A DNA stretch of 22,909 bases from Escherichia coli. Its GTDB lineage: Bacteria; Pseudomonadota; Gammaproteobacteria; Enterobacterales; Enterobacteriaceae. The position numbers and the translations under genes were made by a program. The stretch lies in NCBI RefSeq assembly GCF_003334305.1, contig NZ_QOWS01000039.1. The stretch is one strand, 5' to 3'. Each line of letters opens with the position of its first letter. Position 1 is the stretch's first letter. Below the pieces are notes generated by a model that did no database searches, was not told the origin of the DNA, and saw only the letters and a list, made by a program, of their open reading frames with translations. This document shows, in pieces, positions 1 to 8,642 of this stretch.

Positions 1-61
1 TGTTTTTGTCATGTGAGTCACCTCTGACTGAGAGTTTACTCACTTAGCCGCGTGTCCACTA

Positions 62-421
62 TTGCTGGGTAAGATCAGTGCCTGGCACACGCGTTTGATG
101 GAAGACGGCGTTCAGGCAATGCGCGATTATCTTGCCGGACTGGATATCGCTTCGCCAGAGCATCAGGTTCTGATGAACGTAACAGCAAAAAGCGAGGTCG
201 CTCCGTCAATTATCAAAGAAAATCTCTCATTACACTTAACCCATACGGTGAAATGGACTGAATCTCTCGATACATTTCTGAATATGCCAACCCCGGTAGC
301 TTTCCTTGAAATAAGTAATAAGCCCTATTTGGGGAATATGTTAAATGATTTTGCTGGCGTGGATCAGCAACGAGTTATGCATTGTCGTAAAGCATTTAGT
401 GATGCAAAGGTATTCAAATGA
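62..421 (+). CDS. Small hypothetical protein (119 aa) resembling the C-terminal subdomain of FabD-like acyltransferases; possibly a gene remnant
   Basis: ORF starts at TTG 62; stop codons in all three forward frames within nt 1-47, so it cannot be the tail of a longer intact gene. The pattern V-x-N-V...V-K-W-T-E-S...F-L-E-I resembles the C-terminal region of malonyl-CoA:ACP transacylase from memory. Its stop overlaps the next start (ATGA at 418-421). Confidence 0.4.
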   Translation: MLGKISAWHTRLMEDGVQAMRDYLAGLDIASPEHQVLMNVTAKSEVAPSIIKENLSLHLTHTVKWTESLDTFLNMPTPVAFLEISNKPYLGNMLNDFAGVDQQRVMHCRKAFSDAKVFK

Positions 422-1404
422 TTCCTGATTATTTAACTTTTATTCGCTTTCAGGATAAACGAAATCTGATATACATTTATGCTATTGGACTTATTCTGAT
501 AGGCTTTTATTGGAAAAATGCAGGATTTACTTTTCCATCAGAGGATATTGGTGTCGTTAGTGGGATTCTGGCCCTGGTGCTGTATAATTTTATTTTTGAT
601 CTCAAGGCGTACTGGGCTTATAAATGCGTCACGAAGAATATCGATTTTTCGTGGTTTAAGAAAAAGCAGAACCACAAAATAGAATTATTTCTTACACAAC
701 CTCTGGTGGCAGGATTTCTGTCGTTAATCATGTTGAGTGCAATGAGTTGGGGGCTATACCAGCTTCTACCCTCGTTATATGCGCTGTTCCTGATTTCGTT
801 ACTTGGGCCGTTGGTCATCTTTCTGCTGTTTCGGATGATCCGCACCAGTTATGTCAAGCAGGTCGCTATTTCAGTAGCGAAAAAAGTAAAATATAAAAGT
901 CTGACTCGCTATGTGCTGCTTTCGGTGTGCATCTCAACGGTTGTTAACCTGCTTACTATCAGCCCGTTACGTAACAGTGATTCTTTTGTGACAGAGGGGC
1001 AGTGGTTAACGTTTAAATCGATAATTGCATTGCTCATTCTTTGTGGCGTAGTGTTGGCGATTAATCTGTTTTTTCTGCGCTTCTCCAAGCGGTACGCTTT
1101 TCTGGGCAGGCTTTTTTTGCAGGAAATCGATCTGTTTTTCTCCAGTGAAAATGCGTTGTCGACCTTTTTTGCCAAGCCGCTTTGGCTTCGGTTATTCATA
1201 TTGCTGGTTATTGAAATGATGTGGATTACGCTGGTGTCGGTATTGGCAACGCTTGTAGAATGGCGGATTTGGTTTGAAGCCTATTTTTTACTCTGCTATG
1301 TACCGTGCTTAATTTACTATTTTTTCCATTGTCGATGCCTCTGGCATAACGATTTTATGATGGCATGTGACATGTATTTCCGTTGGGGGCATTTTAATAA
1401 GTGA
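418..1404 (+). CDS. Polytopic inner-membrane protein of unknown function (328 aa)
   Basis: Long uninterrupted ORF in an AT-rich region with several long hydrophobic stretches (for example [65 protein letters not shown]). No recognisable catalytic motif. Confidence 0.6.
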   Translation: MIPDYLTFIRFQDKRNLIYIYAIGLILIGFYWKNAGFTFPSEDIGVVSGILALVLYNFIFDLKAYWAYKCVTKNIDFSWFKKKQNHKIELFLTQPLVAGFLSLIMLSAMSWGLYQLLPSLYALFLISLLGPLVIFLLFRMIRTSYVKQVAISVAKKVKYKSLTRYVLLSVCISTVVNLLTISPLRNSDSFVTEGQWLTFKSIIALLILCGVVLAINLFFLRFSKRYAFLGRLFLQEIDLFFSSENALSTFFAKPLWLRLFILLVIEMMWITLVSVLATLVEWRIWFEAYFLLCYVPCLIYYFFHCRCLWHNDFMMACDMYFRWGHFNK

Positions 1405-1535
1405 GGAAGTTACAGGAAGTGACCAGATAACGCATATATGTTCTCTACTATCTTGCGCATTTTGATTGTTGACTGAGTAACCAGACAGTTGATGTGCACA
1501 ATTTCCCCTCGCCCTAACAGACGTGGGCGGGGGCA

Positions 1536-1610
1536 CCCGGTGTGTGCAATATACGAAAAAAAAGCCCGTACTTTCGTACGGGCTCTTCTTTAAATATGGC
1601 GGTGAGGGGG
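1536..1610. repeat. 75-bp direct repeat, copy 1, containing a terminator-like hairpin
   Basis: Copy 1 (1536-1610) and copy 2 (1717-1791) match at 74 of 75 positions at an offset of 181 bp. Hairpin GCCCGTAC-TTTC-GTACGGGC at 1563-1582 is preceded on the plus strand by A8 (1555-1562), i.e. followed by T8 on the minus strand. Confidence 0.85.
1555..1582 (-). terminator. Putative rho-independent terminator (minus-strand orientation) inside repeat copy 1
   Basis: 8-bp GC-rich stem with a 4-nt loop followed by a T8 run on the minus strand; on the plus strand only a weak TCTTCTTT tract follows. Confidence 0.45.
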
Positions 1611-1716
1611 GGATTGACTCGCTTCGCTCGCCCTGCGGGCAGCCCGCTCACTGCGTTCACGGTCTGTCCAACTGGCTGTCGCCAGTTGTCGAACCCCGGT
1701 CGGGGCTTCTCATCCC

Positions 1717-1791
1717 CCCGGTGTGTGCAATATACGAAAAAAAAGCCCGTACTTTCGTACGAGCTCTTCTTTAAATATGGCGGTGAGGGGG
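1717..1791. repeat. 75-bp direct repeat, copy 2 (one mismatch, inside the hairpin stem)
   Basis: Same sequence as 1536-1610 except GTACGAGC versus GTACGGGC in the right stem arm. Sits about 160 bp upstream of the integrase start. Confidence 0.85.
1736..1763 (-). terminator. Putative rho-independent terminator (minus-strand orientation) inside repeat copy 2
   Basis: Same hairpin plus T8 as copy 1, with one stem mismatch. Confidence 0.4.
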
Positions 1792-1951
1792 ACCGCCTGA
1801 AATAAATCTGACTTAATCCAGGGGTGTTATATAATTTCATTATAAACAATGTATTACACTTTTTGTTGTCCGATATTATCTAATGTATTCTTAGTGAAGC
1901 GAGAGACTAATGGCATACTGGATGGCATACCAGAGTGACGGGAATTAGCGT

Positions 1952-3154
1952 ATGGCAGTATTGACGGATACGAAAGCAAGACATATCAAACCTGATGACA
2001 AACCATTGCCCCATGGGGGAATTACCGGACTGACCCTTCATCCTTCTTCAGTAAAGGGGCGGGGGAAATGGGTTTTTCGTTATGTAAGTCCGGTGACACA
2101 AAAAAGACGTAATGCTGGATTGGGAACTTACCCAGAGGTCAGTATTGCTGAAGCTGCACGTACTGCCCGGATAATGCGAGAGCAACTTGCTGCAGGTGAT
2201 GATCCTCTGGAGATTAAAAAGGCTGAATCTGAGAAAGTCGCTATCCCAACATTTGCCGATGCAGCCAGGCGTGTACATGCAGAACTGTCTCCTGGATGGG
2301 AAAATCCAAAGCATGTAAGGCAGTGGTTATCGACGCTTGAGAATTACGCGTTTCCTCAACTGGGAGCAAAAACGCTGGATTCGATTACGGCTGCGGACGT
2401 GGCAGAAACACTGCGTCCAGTCTGGTTAACCTTGTCAGAAACGGCAAGCCGGGTTAAACAGCGCATTCATGTTGTTATGCAGTGGGGATGGGCGCACGGT
2501 TTTTGTGTAGCAAATCCTGTTGATGTGGTTGACCATTTGCTTCCTCAGCAGACAAGAGGACGTGATGAACACCAACCCGCAATGCCCTGGAGGCAGTTAC
2601 CGCTTTTTGTGGCGACCAGTGTGTATACCGATGAACCTTATAATGTTACCCGCGCACTGTTATTAATGGTGATACTTACAGCAACTCGCTCGGGCGAAGC
2701 CAGGGGAATGCGCTGGGCTGAAATTGATTTTCATAAGCGGGTATGGACTATACCTGCAGAAAGAATGAAAGCTAGGCTACAGCATCGTGTTCCTTTATCC
2801 CGGCAGGCTATTTACATTCTGGAAAATATACGTGGCCTGCATGATGAACTGGTGTTCCCTTCACCCAGAAAGCAGCAGATCCTTTCCGATATGGTGTTGA
2901 CAAGTTTTCTGCGTAAAAAGAAAGCCGTCAGTGACATTCCGGGGCGAGTTGCCACGGCACATGGTTTTCGCTCAACATTCAGGGACTGGTGTAGCGAACA
3001 GGGGTATTCGCGGGATCTGGCGGAAAGGGCGCTCGCTCATACGCTGAAAAATAAGGTTGAGGCGGCATATCATCGTACTGATCTACTGGAGCAGCGTGTA
3101 CCGATGATGCAGGCATGGGCGGATTATGTGATGTCTCAAATTGTGAATAAATAA
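1952..3154 (+). CDS. int: P4-family tyrosine integrase (site-specific recombinase, 400 aa)
   Basis: N-terminal arm-type region (KWVFRYVSP...) and C-terminal catalytic core with R (TATRSGEARGMRWAEID), H-x-x-R (AHGFRSTFRDW) and the Tyr motif (AAYHRTDLLEQR). Overall layout matches P4/CP4-57-type integrases. Confidence 0.9.
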   Translation: MAVLTDTKARHIKPDDKPLPHGGITGLTLHPSSVKGRGKWVFRYVSPVTQKRRNAGLGTYPEVSIAEAARTARIMREQLAAGDDPLEIKKAESEKVAIPTFADAARRVHAELSPGWENPKHVRQWLSTLENYAFPQLGAKTLDSITAADVAETLRPVWLTLSETASRVKQRIHVVMQWGWAHGFCVANPVDVVDHLLPQQTRGRDEHQPAMPWRQLPLFVATSVYTDEPYNVTRALLLMVILTATRSGEARGMRWAEIDFHKRVWTIPAERMKARLQHRVPLSRQAIYILENIRGLHDELVFPSPRKQQILSDMVLTSFLRKKKAVSDIPGRVATAHGFRSTFRDWCSEQGYSRDLAERALAHTLKNKVEAAYHRTDLLEQRVPMMQAWADYVMSQIVNK

Positions 3155-3285
3155 TAGTGAAAATGTATATTGTACGATCATGATTTGATATGTGATCGTA
3201 GCAGTAGTAATTAAGAAACCGCTTTTATGTCAAATGTATTGAGCTGATAATTATCAGATCGTCAGGAAAGCGTATTTTGATTAAC

Positions 3286-3314
3286 AGGGGATTACTTAAC
3301 AATCCCCTTTTTAT
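3286..3314 (+). terminator. Putative bidirectional intrinsic terminator between the convergent int and orphan genes
   Basis: AGGGGATT-ACTTAAC-AATCCCCT hairpin (8-bp stem) followed by TTTTTAT; A-rich on the other side. Confidence 0.5.
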
Positions 3315-3340
3315 AAAAAATAATTTGCCTGTTTAACTCT

Positions 3341-5158
3341 TCACTCCTGCTGAGACTGAATTATTCCTAGTGCGTCATAAATCAGTCTTCTGCGTAGTTT
3401 ATTGTTTTTATCTGCACCATATAACATAAATATATTTTCAACTTTTTCTTCAGGTGTTCTGAGATAATGGATAAGAAAGGTTATCATTCCAACACAATGG
3501 AATAAAGTGAATCCATCAAACAGGCTTATCAGGTTTCCTTTTTTTTCCCGTGTTGTAAGTATTTTTTCGCGGGTAAGAATATTTGCCAGTTCATGGGGGG
3601 CTGATATGTTTCTGCTGTCTATAATGTCATTTATTTTACCAAGGGCTATATCAACTTCCTGTAATAGGTTATTTATCATAGCTGAGTGAATGTTATTGGT
3701 TTCATGTTCCTGACAGTTTATGAACTTATAAATCATTGAGTTATACAGAAATATTACTCTTCCTAATAAATATGTGTTTGTGTCATTTTGAAGACAGGAC
3801 TCTGGGTATTCGTGATCCAGTGAAATAAGGTTAATGGACTCGCCCTGATAAGTCATAAAATAATTGATGTCATTTAATAATGCTCGGATATTTACATGAT
3901 TTTTACTGAATTTTATTTTAAATGCTATCTTTAGTATAGCAAACGCGGCAATGATAAATCCAAAAGGTAATTTCTCATAGTTCAGTTTATTGATGGTGCG
4001 ATGAACACTTTCAGTCTTTCCTGAAGTAAGTTGTCTCAAACAGTTAACAAATTCTGTATAGCCATTTAAGACATAATGGCATGAAGAATCTTTTAAAGAG
4101 TTTTCTATGTTTTGTAATGTGACGCCGTTGTTCAATGTATAAATGTAACCGCCAAAGACAATGTTTTCAATCTCAACGACACAATTTATTGTTTTTTGTT
4201 CAGGATAAAGATAAATATCAGAAATACTATAGTCTCGTATTGCGTCAATGGCATCCCACGATAATGCACTGTCAATTTTCAGTGTATAAAATGGTGAGTT
4301 CTCATTAGGAAAGTAATATATGTATTTGTTCAGTATATTCATTACATCTATTGGGTTGGTTAAATATAATAACTGGCATTCATATTCTGAAACTTCTCTT
4401 TCGCTTATCAGCATTTTATATAAAGTTGCCAGGGTGCTTGTTAATGAAGTTCGTCTTTCGAAAGCCAGTAATATAGTGAGATAATAACATGCAACCTGAA
4501 CTTTATCTAAGTCAGAAATTATTTTTTCCTTGTCTTCATTACTTAAATAAAGCAGATGTTTACAGGTTTCTTTGCATGTGTTGATAGTTGCGATAAGTTT
4601 TGTTTTTCCTGGTGTACTGTTTTTGCGAATATTACGAATGAATTCATATACGCCATCAAAGATATCTTTGAAATGCGCATTCGCTGGCGTGTATCCGGAT
4701 AAACATAACTTAACGTAATTTCGCAGATATGTCCTTGCAGCATGATATATATCATCCTCATTATCCGGTATCTGAGTGAGAAAAGAATGAATATGATAGT
4801 AAAATGCCATCTCATTATCCGGGCGATATGTGTTCCTGATGTCGAGTGCGAGAATCATTGGTACAATGTCATTAAAATATTTTTGTTTTATTATTTGATG
4901 TGTTTTGTCTGTAAAAACAGAATAGTGCATTAGCTTAACATAGAGATCTTCATATCTCCTAAATATAACTTTTCGTTGTTCTTTACTCAATACTTGTTCT
5001 TTATCAATAATGTTTATTAATTCATCAAACATGTCGCCCAGTGAATGTTGATGTGAGGAAAAATTTTTAATATTTCGGATGTCACGGCTATTCTGGTTTT
5101 TAGCCAGAACACCAAAACATGAAAAGACATCATACATTATAGTGATAAAATTATACAT
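3341..5158 (-). CDS. Hypothetical protein, 605 aa, AT-rich orphan cargo gene
   Basis: Single long ORF in a visibly AT-rich segment that contrasts with its neighbours. No catalytic or nucleotide-binding motif recognised by eye. Occupies the position that yfjH holds in CP4-57. Confidence 0.7.
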   Translation of the reverse strand: MYNFITIMYDVFSCFGVLAKNQNSRDIRNIKNFSSHQHSLGDMFDELINIIDKEQVLSKEQRKVIFRRYEDLYVKLMHYSVFTDKTHQIIKQKYFNDIVPMILALDIRNTYRPDNEMAFYYHIHSFLTQIPDNEDDIYHAARTYLRNYVKLCLSGYTPANAHFKDIFDGVYEFIRNIRKNSTPGKTKLIATINTCKETCKHLLYLSNEDKEKIISDLDKVQVACYYLTILLAFERRTSLTSTLATLYKMLISEREVSEYECQLLYLTNPIDVMNILNKYIYYFPNENSPFYTLKIDSALSWDAIDAIRDYSISDIYLYPEQKTINCVVEIENIVFGGYIYTLNNGVTLQNIENSLKDSSCHYVLNGYTEFVNCLRQLTSGKTESVHRTINKLNYEKLPFGFIIAAFAILKIAFKIKFSKNHVNIRALLNDINYFMTYQGESINLISLDHEYPESCLQNDTNTYLLGRVIFLYNSMIYKFINCQEHETNNIHSAMINNLLQEVDIALGKINDIIDSRNISAPHELANILTREKILTTREKKGNLISLFDGFTLFHCVGMITFLIHYLRTPEEKVENIFMLYGADKNNKLRRRLIYDALGIIQSQQE

Positions 5159-5298
5159 AACATTCTCCTTTTATTGCACTATATAAAATTTTAACATTAT
5201 ATCATTTTGCTTTTCTGTTAACTGATTTTCATTTTTGAATCAATATTTTCTGAACAGGGTAATAGTACACGTATTAACAGATTATGTCAGAAGGCCCC

Positions 5299-6061
5299 GG
5301 TGATGCCTTCTGACGATAGATTAATGTTGTATTCTATTGGTATCTGGAGACCATATGGCAACAGTTACAGTATATTCTCCCCGCTGTAATTCCTATAAAG
5401 TGTACCGTTATGATCACAGCACCTCAGATCATGAGCGTTTCCAGTGCTAATCCTGCAAACGTGTATTTCAACTGAATTACATCTACGAAACCCGAAAACC
5501 AGGCATTAAAGAGCAAATTGTTGAAATGGTTCATAACGGAGCCGGGGTTCGCGATAGCTCCAGAACGCTGAAGGTGGATATCAACACCGTCATTCTCACT
5601 TTAAAAAACGCTCACCACGTAAAGTAACCATATCTCCAGCCGCCAGTGTCGATGTGGCACTTATCTGTGAACTTGATGAACAATGGAGTTTTGTCGAAAA
5701 CAAAGCTCGTCAGCAGTGGCACTGGTACGCGTATAAGACCAAAGCTGACGGTGTGCTGGCTTACACTTTTGGTCCTCGCACTGATGAAACATGCCGTGAG
5801 TTGCCGGAATTCCTGAAGCCATTCTCCGCAGGCATGATAACCAGAGACAACCGGAGCAGTTATACCAGAGAAATGCCACAGGATAAGCATCTTGTCGGCA
5901 AGATATTTACCCGGCGCATTGAGCGCAACAATCTGACACTTCGTACTCACATCAAACGACCTGCCCGGAAAACGATTTGCTTTTTACGCTCCCTGGAAAT
6001 TCACGAAAAGCCATTGGTTCATTTATCGAAAACACATGTACTACTGACAGGAGTCATTACC
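5299..6061 (+). mobile_element. IS1-family insertion sequence, about 763 bp, probably defective
   Basis: Ends resemble the IS1 inverted repeats (left GGTGATGCCTTCTGACGATAG; right end ...CAGGAGTCATTACC). InsA-like and InsB-like frames are linked by the canonical A6C frameshift motif TTAAAAAAC at 5602-5609. The flanking 9-mers are not identical, so there is no clean target-site duplication. Confidence 0.75.
5355..5627 (+). pseudogene. insA: insA-like frame interrupted by an in-frame TAA
   Basis: ATG at 5355; in-frame TAA at 5448-5450 after MATVTVYSPRCNSYKVYRYDHSTSDHERFQC; downstream in the same frame ...KPGIKEQIVEMVHNGAGVRDSSRTLKVDINTVILTLKN resembles the InsA C-terminus. Confidence 0.55.
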
Positions 6062-6091
6062 AGGGCCTCTTTTGCTGTTTTTTTGCCATGA
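5654..6091 (+). CDS. insB: insB-like transposase frame of the IS1-family element
   Basis: Translation (ICELDEQWSFVENKARQQWHWYAYK...FTRRIERNNLTLRTHIKRPARKTICF...) parallels IS1 InsB as recalled from memory. It lies in the -1 frame relative to insA. The ORF reads 30 nt past the inferred right end of the element. Confidence 0.6.
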   Translation: MALICELDEQWSFVENKARQQWHWYAYKTKADGVLAYTFGPRTDETCRELPEFLKPFSAGMITRDNRSSYTREMPQDKHLVGKIFTRRIERNNLTLRTHIKRPARKTICFLRSLEIHEKPLVHLSKTHVLLTGVITRASFAVFLP

Positions 6092-6257
6092 ATGATAATG
6101 AGAATCGACAGCGATAAGGGAAAAGTAAAATAACACTAATGCTGTCGTTTTCTATCATATTGATTTTTAATTATTTATTGTCTTTTTTCTCAACCCATTT
6201 TTTTACGCAGACAAATTTACCCGGGGAATACAAACTGTAACGACAGTTCACCACACT

Positions 6258-6566
6258 ATGGGGGATAAAATGCCAGATCAATCCGGACACTGCAGGACTC
6301 CTTCACGCATCTTACGGATGCCTGAACTGAGCCAATTGTTAGGTATATCTCGTTCGACAATTTACGAAAAAATGAATCCGTTATCGAAATACTACGATGC
6401 AACCTTCCCCAGGCCGGTACGTCTTGGTAGTGGTTCTGTGGGCTGGCGTTCATCAGCTATTGACGAATGGCTTACTTTACATACTGTACCTGCCAGATCA
6501 GCAGTCAAAGGTGTTAATGACGAAGTGAGACATACGCTTTCTTCAGATATGACCATGAGCAGATAA
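6258..6566 (+). CDS. alpA: AlpA-family phage transcriptional regulator / excisionase-like DNA-binding protein
   Basis: RILRMPELSQLLGISRSTIYEKMNP...YDATFPRPVRLGSGSVGWRSSAIDEWL matches the AlpA signature (E. coli CP4-57 AlpA, recalled). The true start may be the ATG at 6270. Confidence 0.8.
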   Translation: MGDKMPDQSGHCRTPSRILRMPELSQLLGISRSTIYEKMNPLSKYYDATFPRPVRLGSGSVGWRSSAIDEWLTLHTVPARSAVKGVNDEVRHTLSSDMTMSR

Positions 6567-6741
6567 TTTTTTGTCATCACGTGATCACCTCAGGAGGAAA
6601 AAGAAGCATAAGAACAATTTAGCCAGAAGTTTAATTGATAAACAGAATTTCCAGCATTCATTGTTGAAAGAGCAGCTATTGTCGCTATTGTAGCGGTAAT
6701 TGCTGCTATAACCGAAACGTATTACGAAAAAGGAAGCATTT

Positions 6742-6990
6742 ATGCCTTACATCAAACCGGATATGCCGTATTCAGTATATGCATGACCATCAATGATAGG
6801 GAAGGCAATAATTAAAGCTCAATACAATAAACAAGTACCTCTGACTCTGGTTGCAATGTCAGTATTAACAGCGATGTCAATTGCCTGTCAGAATCAGGTT
6901 GACGTATGCAGTCCCGGAAATTTACGTGGGGCCGTTAATATTTACACTATGGTTCTGGAGAAAGGGAAAAGACCGGGGGGAAGGTATTAG
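6742..6990 (+). pseudogene. Degenerate partial duplicate of the 5' end of the downstream yfjI-like gene
   Basis: The upstream leader 6673-6710 is a near copy of 7139-7180. The coding part (ORF 6793-6990, ...QVPLTLVAMSVLTAMSIACQNQVDVCSPGNLRGAVNIYTMVL) parallels residues about 37-78 of the 7191 gene, but the frame from ATG 6742 hits a stop after 14 codons. Confidence 0.55.
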
Positions 6991-7190
6991 TGAAATAATT
7001 TCTGGAGGTATTAAGAATGAGAAATATGAATGATATTTCGTGGTGAATAATACAGTCTTCACTGAATTAACCTTATCGGTTTATTAAACATCAGATCTAC
7101 AAATGCTCTGTATTTCTCAGAGCATCAGGTCTGAATAGCAGCTATTTTCGCTATTGTAGCGGGATTTGCTGCTATTTTACTAACCCATTA

Positions 7191-8642
7191 ATGAAAAGAG
7201 AGGCTTTTATGTGCTTACTTGCACCAGAAAATCCTTATCCGATATATGCACTACCACCGCTGGTGAGAAATGCAATAATTGAAACTCAAAAAAATACACA
7301 GGCACCTTTGGCTATGGTGGCAACATCCGCATTAACAGCGATCTCAATTGCCTGTCAGAATCAGATTGACGTGTGCAGACCTGGAAATTTACATGGGCCT
7401 GTTAATCTTTACTCTCTGATTCTGGCTGATTCCGGTGAAAGGAAAACGACCGTGGATAAAGTGTTTATGAAAGCATTTTATCTCAGGGATGAAGCCCTGG
7501 CGGAAGAATACGCGAAACTGGTTGAGAATTACAGTACAGAAAAGGAAATATGGGAGCAAAAACAAAAAGCGCTGGAATCAAAATTTCATAAAGAGATTCG
7601 TGCCGGTAAAGATTACAAGGCAACAGAATCAGAGCTTGAAACGCATCTGAATAAACCTCCTGTTCCGCCGCAGATACGTCGAACAATTTTTAATGAGACA
7701 ACGATAGAGGGAATGTTAAAATATTACTCCGATAGCAATCGCTCTTTTGCTCTTGTATCCAGTGAAGGGGGGGTAATTTTTGACAGCCGGGCCATGAGTA
7801 AACTGGGGATTATTAACACTTTGTGGGATGGAGGTTCTCTTTTCATCGACAGGAAATCATCTCCCGGAATTAATTTGAAGGAGCCAAGACTGACGATATC
7901 GGTGATGATTCAGCCTGATGTTTACCACAAAGGTTTTTGTACGCGAAAAAAAGAAATTGTGAAAACGTCAGGACATCATGCAAGGTTTTTGATGTGTCAA
8001 CCAACATCAACGCAGGGGACAAGGATAATAACCGGAGATAATTATTCATCACAGTATCAGGATTTGTTTGAAGAGAGGATCAATGAGCTTATTGATGAAA
8101 GTCTGGCGATGAGTGGTGAACGACGTTGCCTTCACTTTTCTCCTCAGGCTGCCAGAATCTGGACGGATTATTACAATGATGTGGAATCGAAGCTGGGGGG
8201 ATTGGGGCCTTTAAGACATTGCCGGGAATATGCTGCTAAAAATGCAGAGTATATGGCAAGACTGGCAGGACTTATTTACCATTCGAGCGGTGAAGAGGGG
8301 GAGATTTCCCCTTACACTGCAGAAATGGCGAGAGAATTAGCAATATGGTACGGTAATGAGTATGTGCGGTTGTCTAATCCGTTAACTTTTGACAACTCTG
8401 CCCTGACCGTACCTATGCGACTCATTCCAGAGGAGCTTGAACTTTTCAACTGGATAAAAAGCTATTGTATTGAGAAGGGGATCCTCTGTATGAAAAAAAA
8501 TGACATTTTACAGCGTGGTCCGAACCGTTTCCGGAAAAAGGATAAAATCAACTGGTTACTGGATTTACTGTATGAACAAAACAGAGTTGTACCGGTTATT
8601 GAGGGAAAAACGTTGTGTGTCGCACCTAACTTTGACCTCTGA
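7191..8642 (+). CDS. YfjI-like (DUF3987-type) protein, conserved backbone gene of CP4-57-like islands
   Basis: 483-aa ORF directly downstream of alpA. Family assignment is from gene order and recalled similarity, not from a search. The more likely start is the ATG at 7209, which has a GAGAGG ribosome-binding site about 7 nt upstream. Confidence 0.65.
   Translation: MKREAFMCLLAPENPYPIYALPPLVRNAIIETQKNTQAPLAMVATSALTAISIACQNQIDVCRPGNLHGPVNLYSLILADSGERKTTVDKVFMKAFYLRDEALAEEYAKLVENYSTEKEIWEQKQKALESKFHKEIRAGKDYKATESELETHLNKPPVPPQIRRTIFNETTIEGMLKYYSDSNRSFALVSSEGGVIFDSRAMSKLGIINTLWDGGSLFIDRKSSPGINLKEPRLTISVMIQPDVYHKGFCTRKKEIVKTSGHHARFLMCQPTSTQGTRIITGDNYSSQYQDLFEERINELIDESLAMSGERRCLHFSPQAARIWTDYYNDVESKLGGLGPLRHCREYAAKNAEYMARLAGLIYHSSGEEGEISPYTAEMARELAIWYGNEYVRLSNPLTFDNSALTVPMRLIPEELELFNWIKSYCIEKGILCMKKNDILQRGPNRFRKKDKINWLLDLLYEQNRVVPVIEGKTLCVAPNFDL

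Noticed and set aside
1611-1716. tRNA or tmRNA gene as the integration target
   Set aside because: Manual folding on both strands found no T-loop (GTTCRANYC-like) flanked by a pairing T-stem, no anticodon arm, and no match to the tRNA or ssrA sequences I can recall. Left unresolved rather than called; it needs a covariance-model search.
1536-1791. Possible CRISPR array (repeat-spacer-repeat)
   Set aside because: Only two repeat copies; the repeat is 75 bp and contains a terminator hairpin with a poly-T run, the intervening segment is 106 bp, and there are no cas genes nearby.
1514-1849. ORFs of 83-111 aa on both strands across the repeat region (1514-1849 minus, 1523-1774 plus, 1542-1805 plus)
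   Set aside because: They overlap each other and the GC-rich repeat and hairpins, have no ribosome-binding site and translate to low-complexity Pro/Gly/Arg-rich sequence; treated as reading-frame artefacts.
3245-3256. 12-bp perfect palindrome TGATAATTATCA as an operator site
   Set aside because: A short AT-rich palindrome in an AT-rich intergenic region could easily arise by chance; there is no second copy or adjacent regulator to support it.
5290-6070. 9-bp target-site duplication flanking the IS1-family element
   Set aside because: The flanking 9-mers (GAAGGCCCC left, AGGGCCTCT right) are similar but not identical, so no intact duplication is claimed.
6793-6990. ORF 6793-6990 as an independent small gene (for example an antitoxin or regulator)
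   Set aside because: Its sequence is a diverged copy of the N-terminal region of the downstream yfjI-like gene and its upstream frame is broken; interpreted as a pseudogene fragment.
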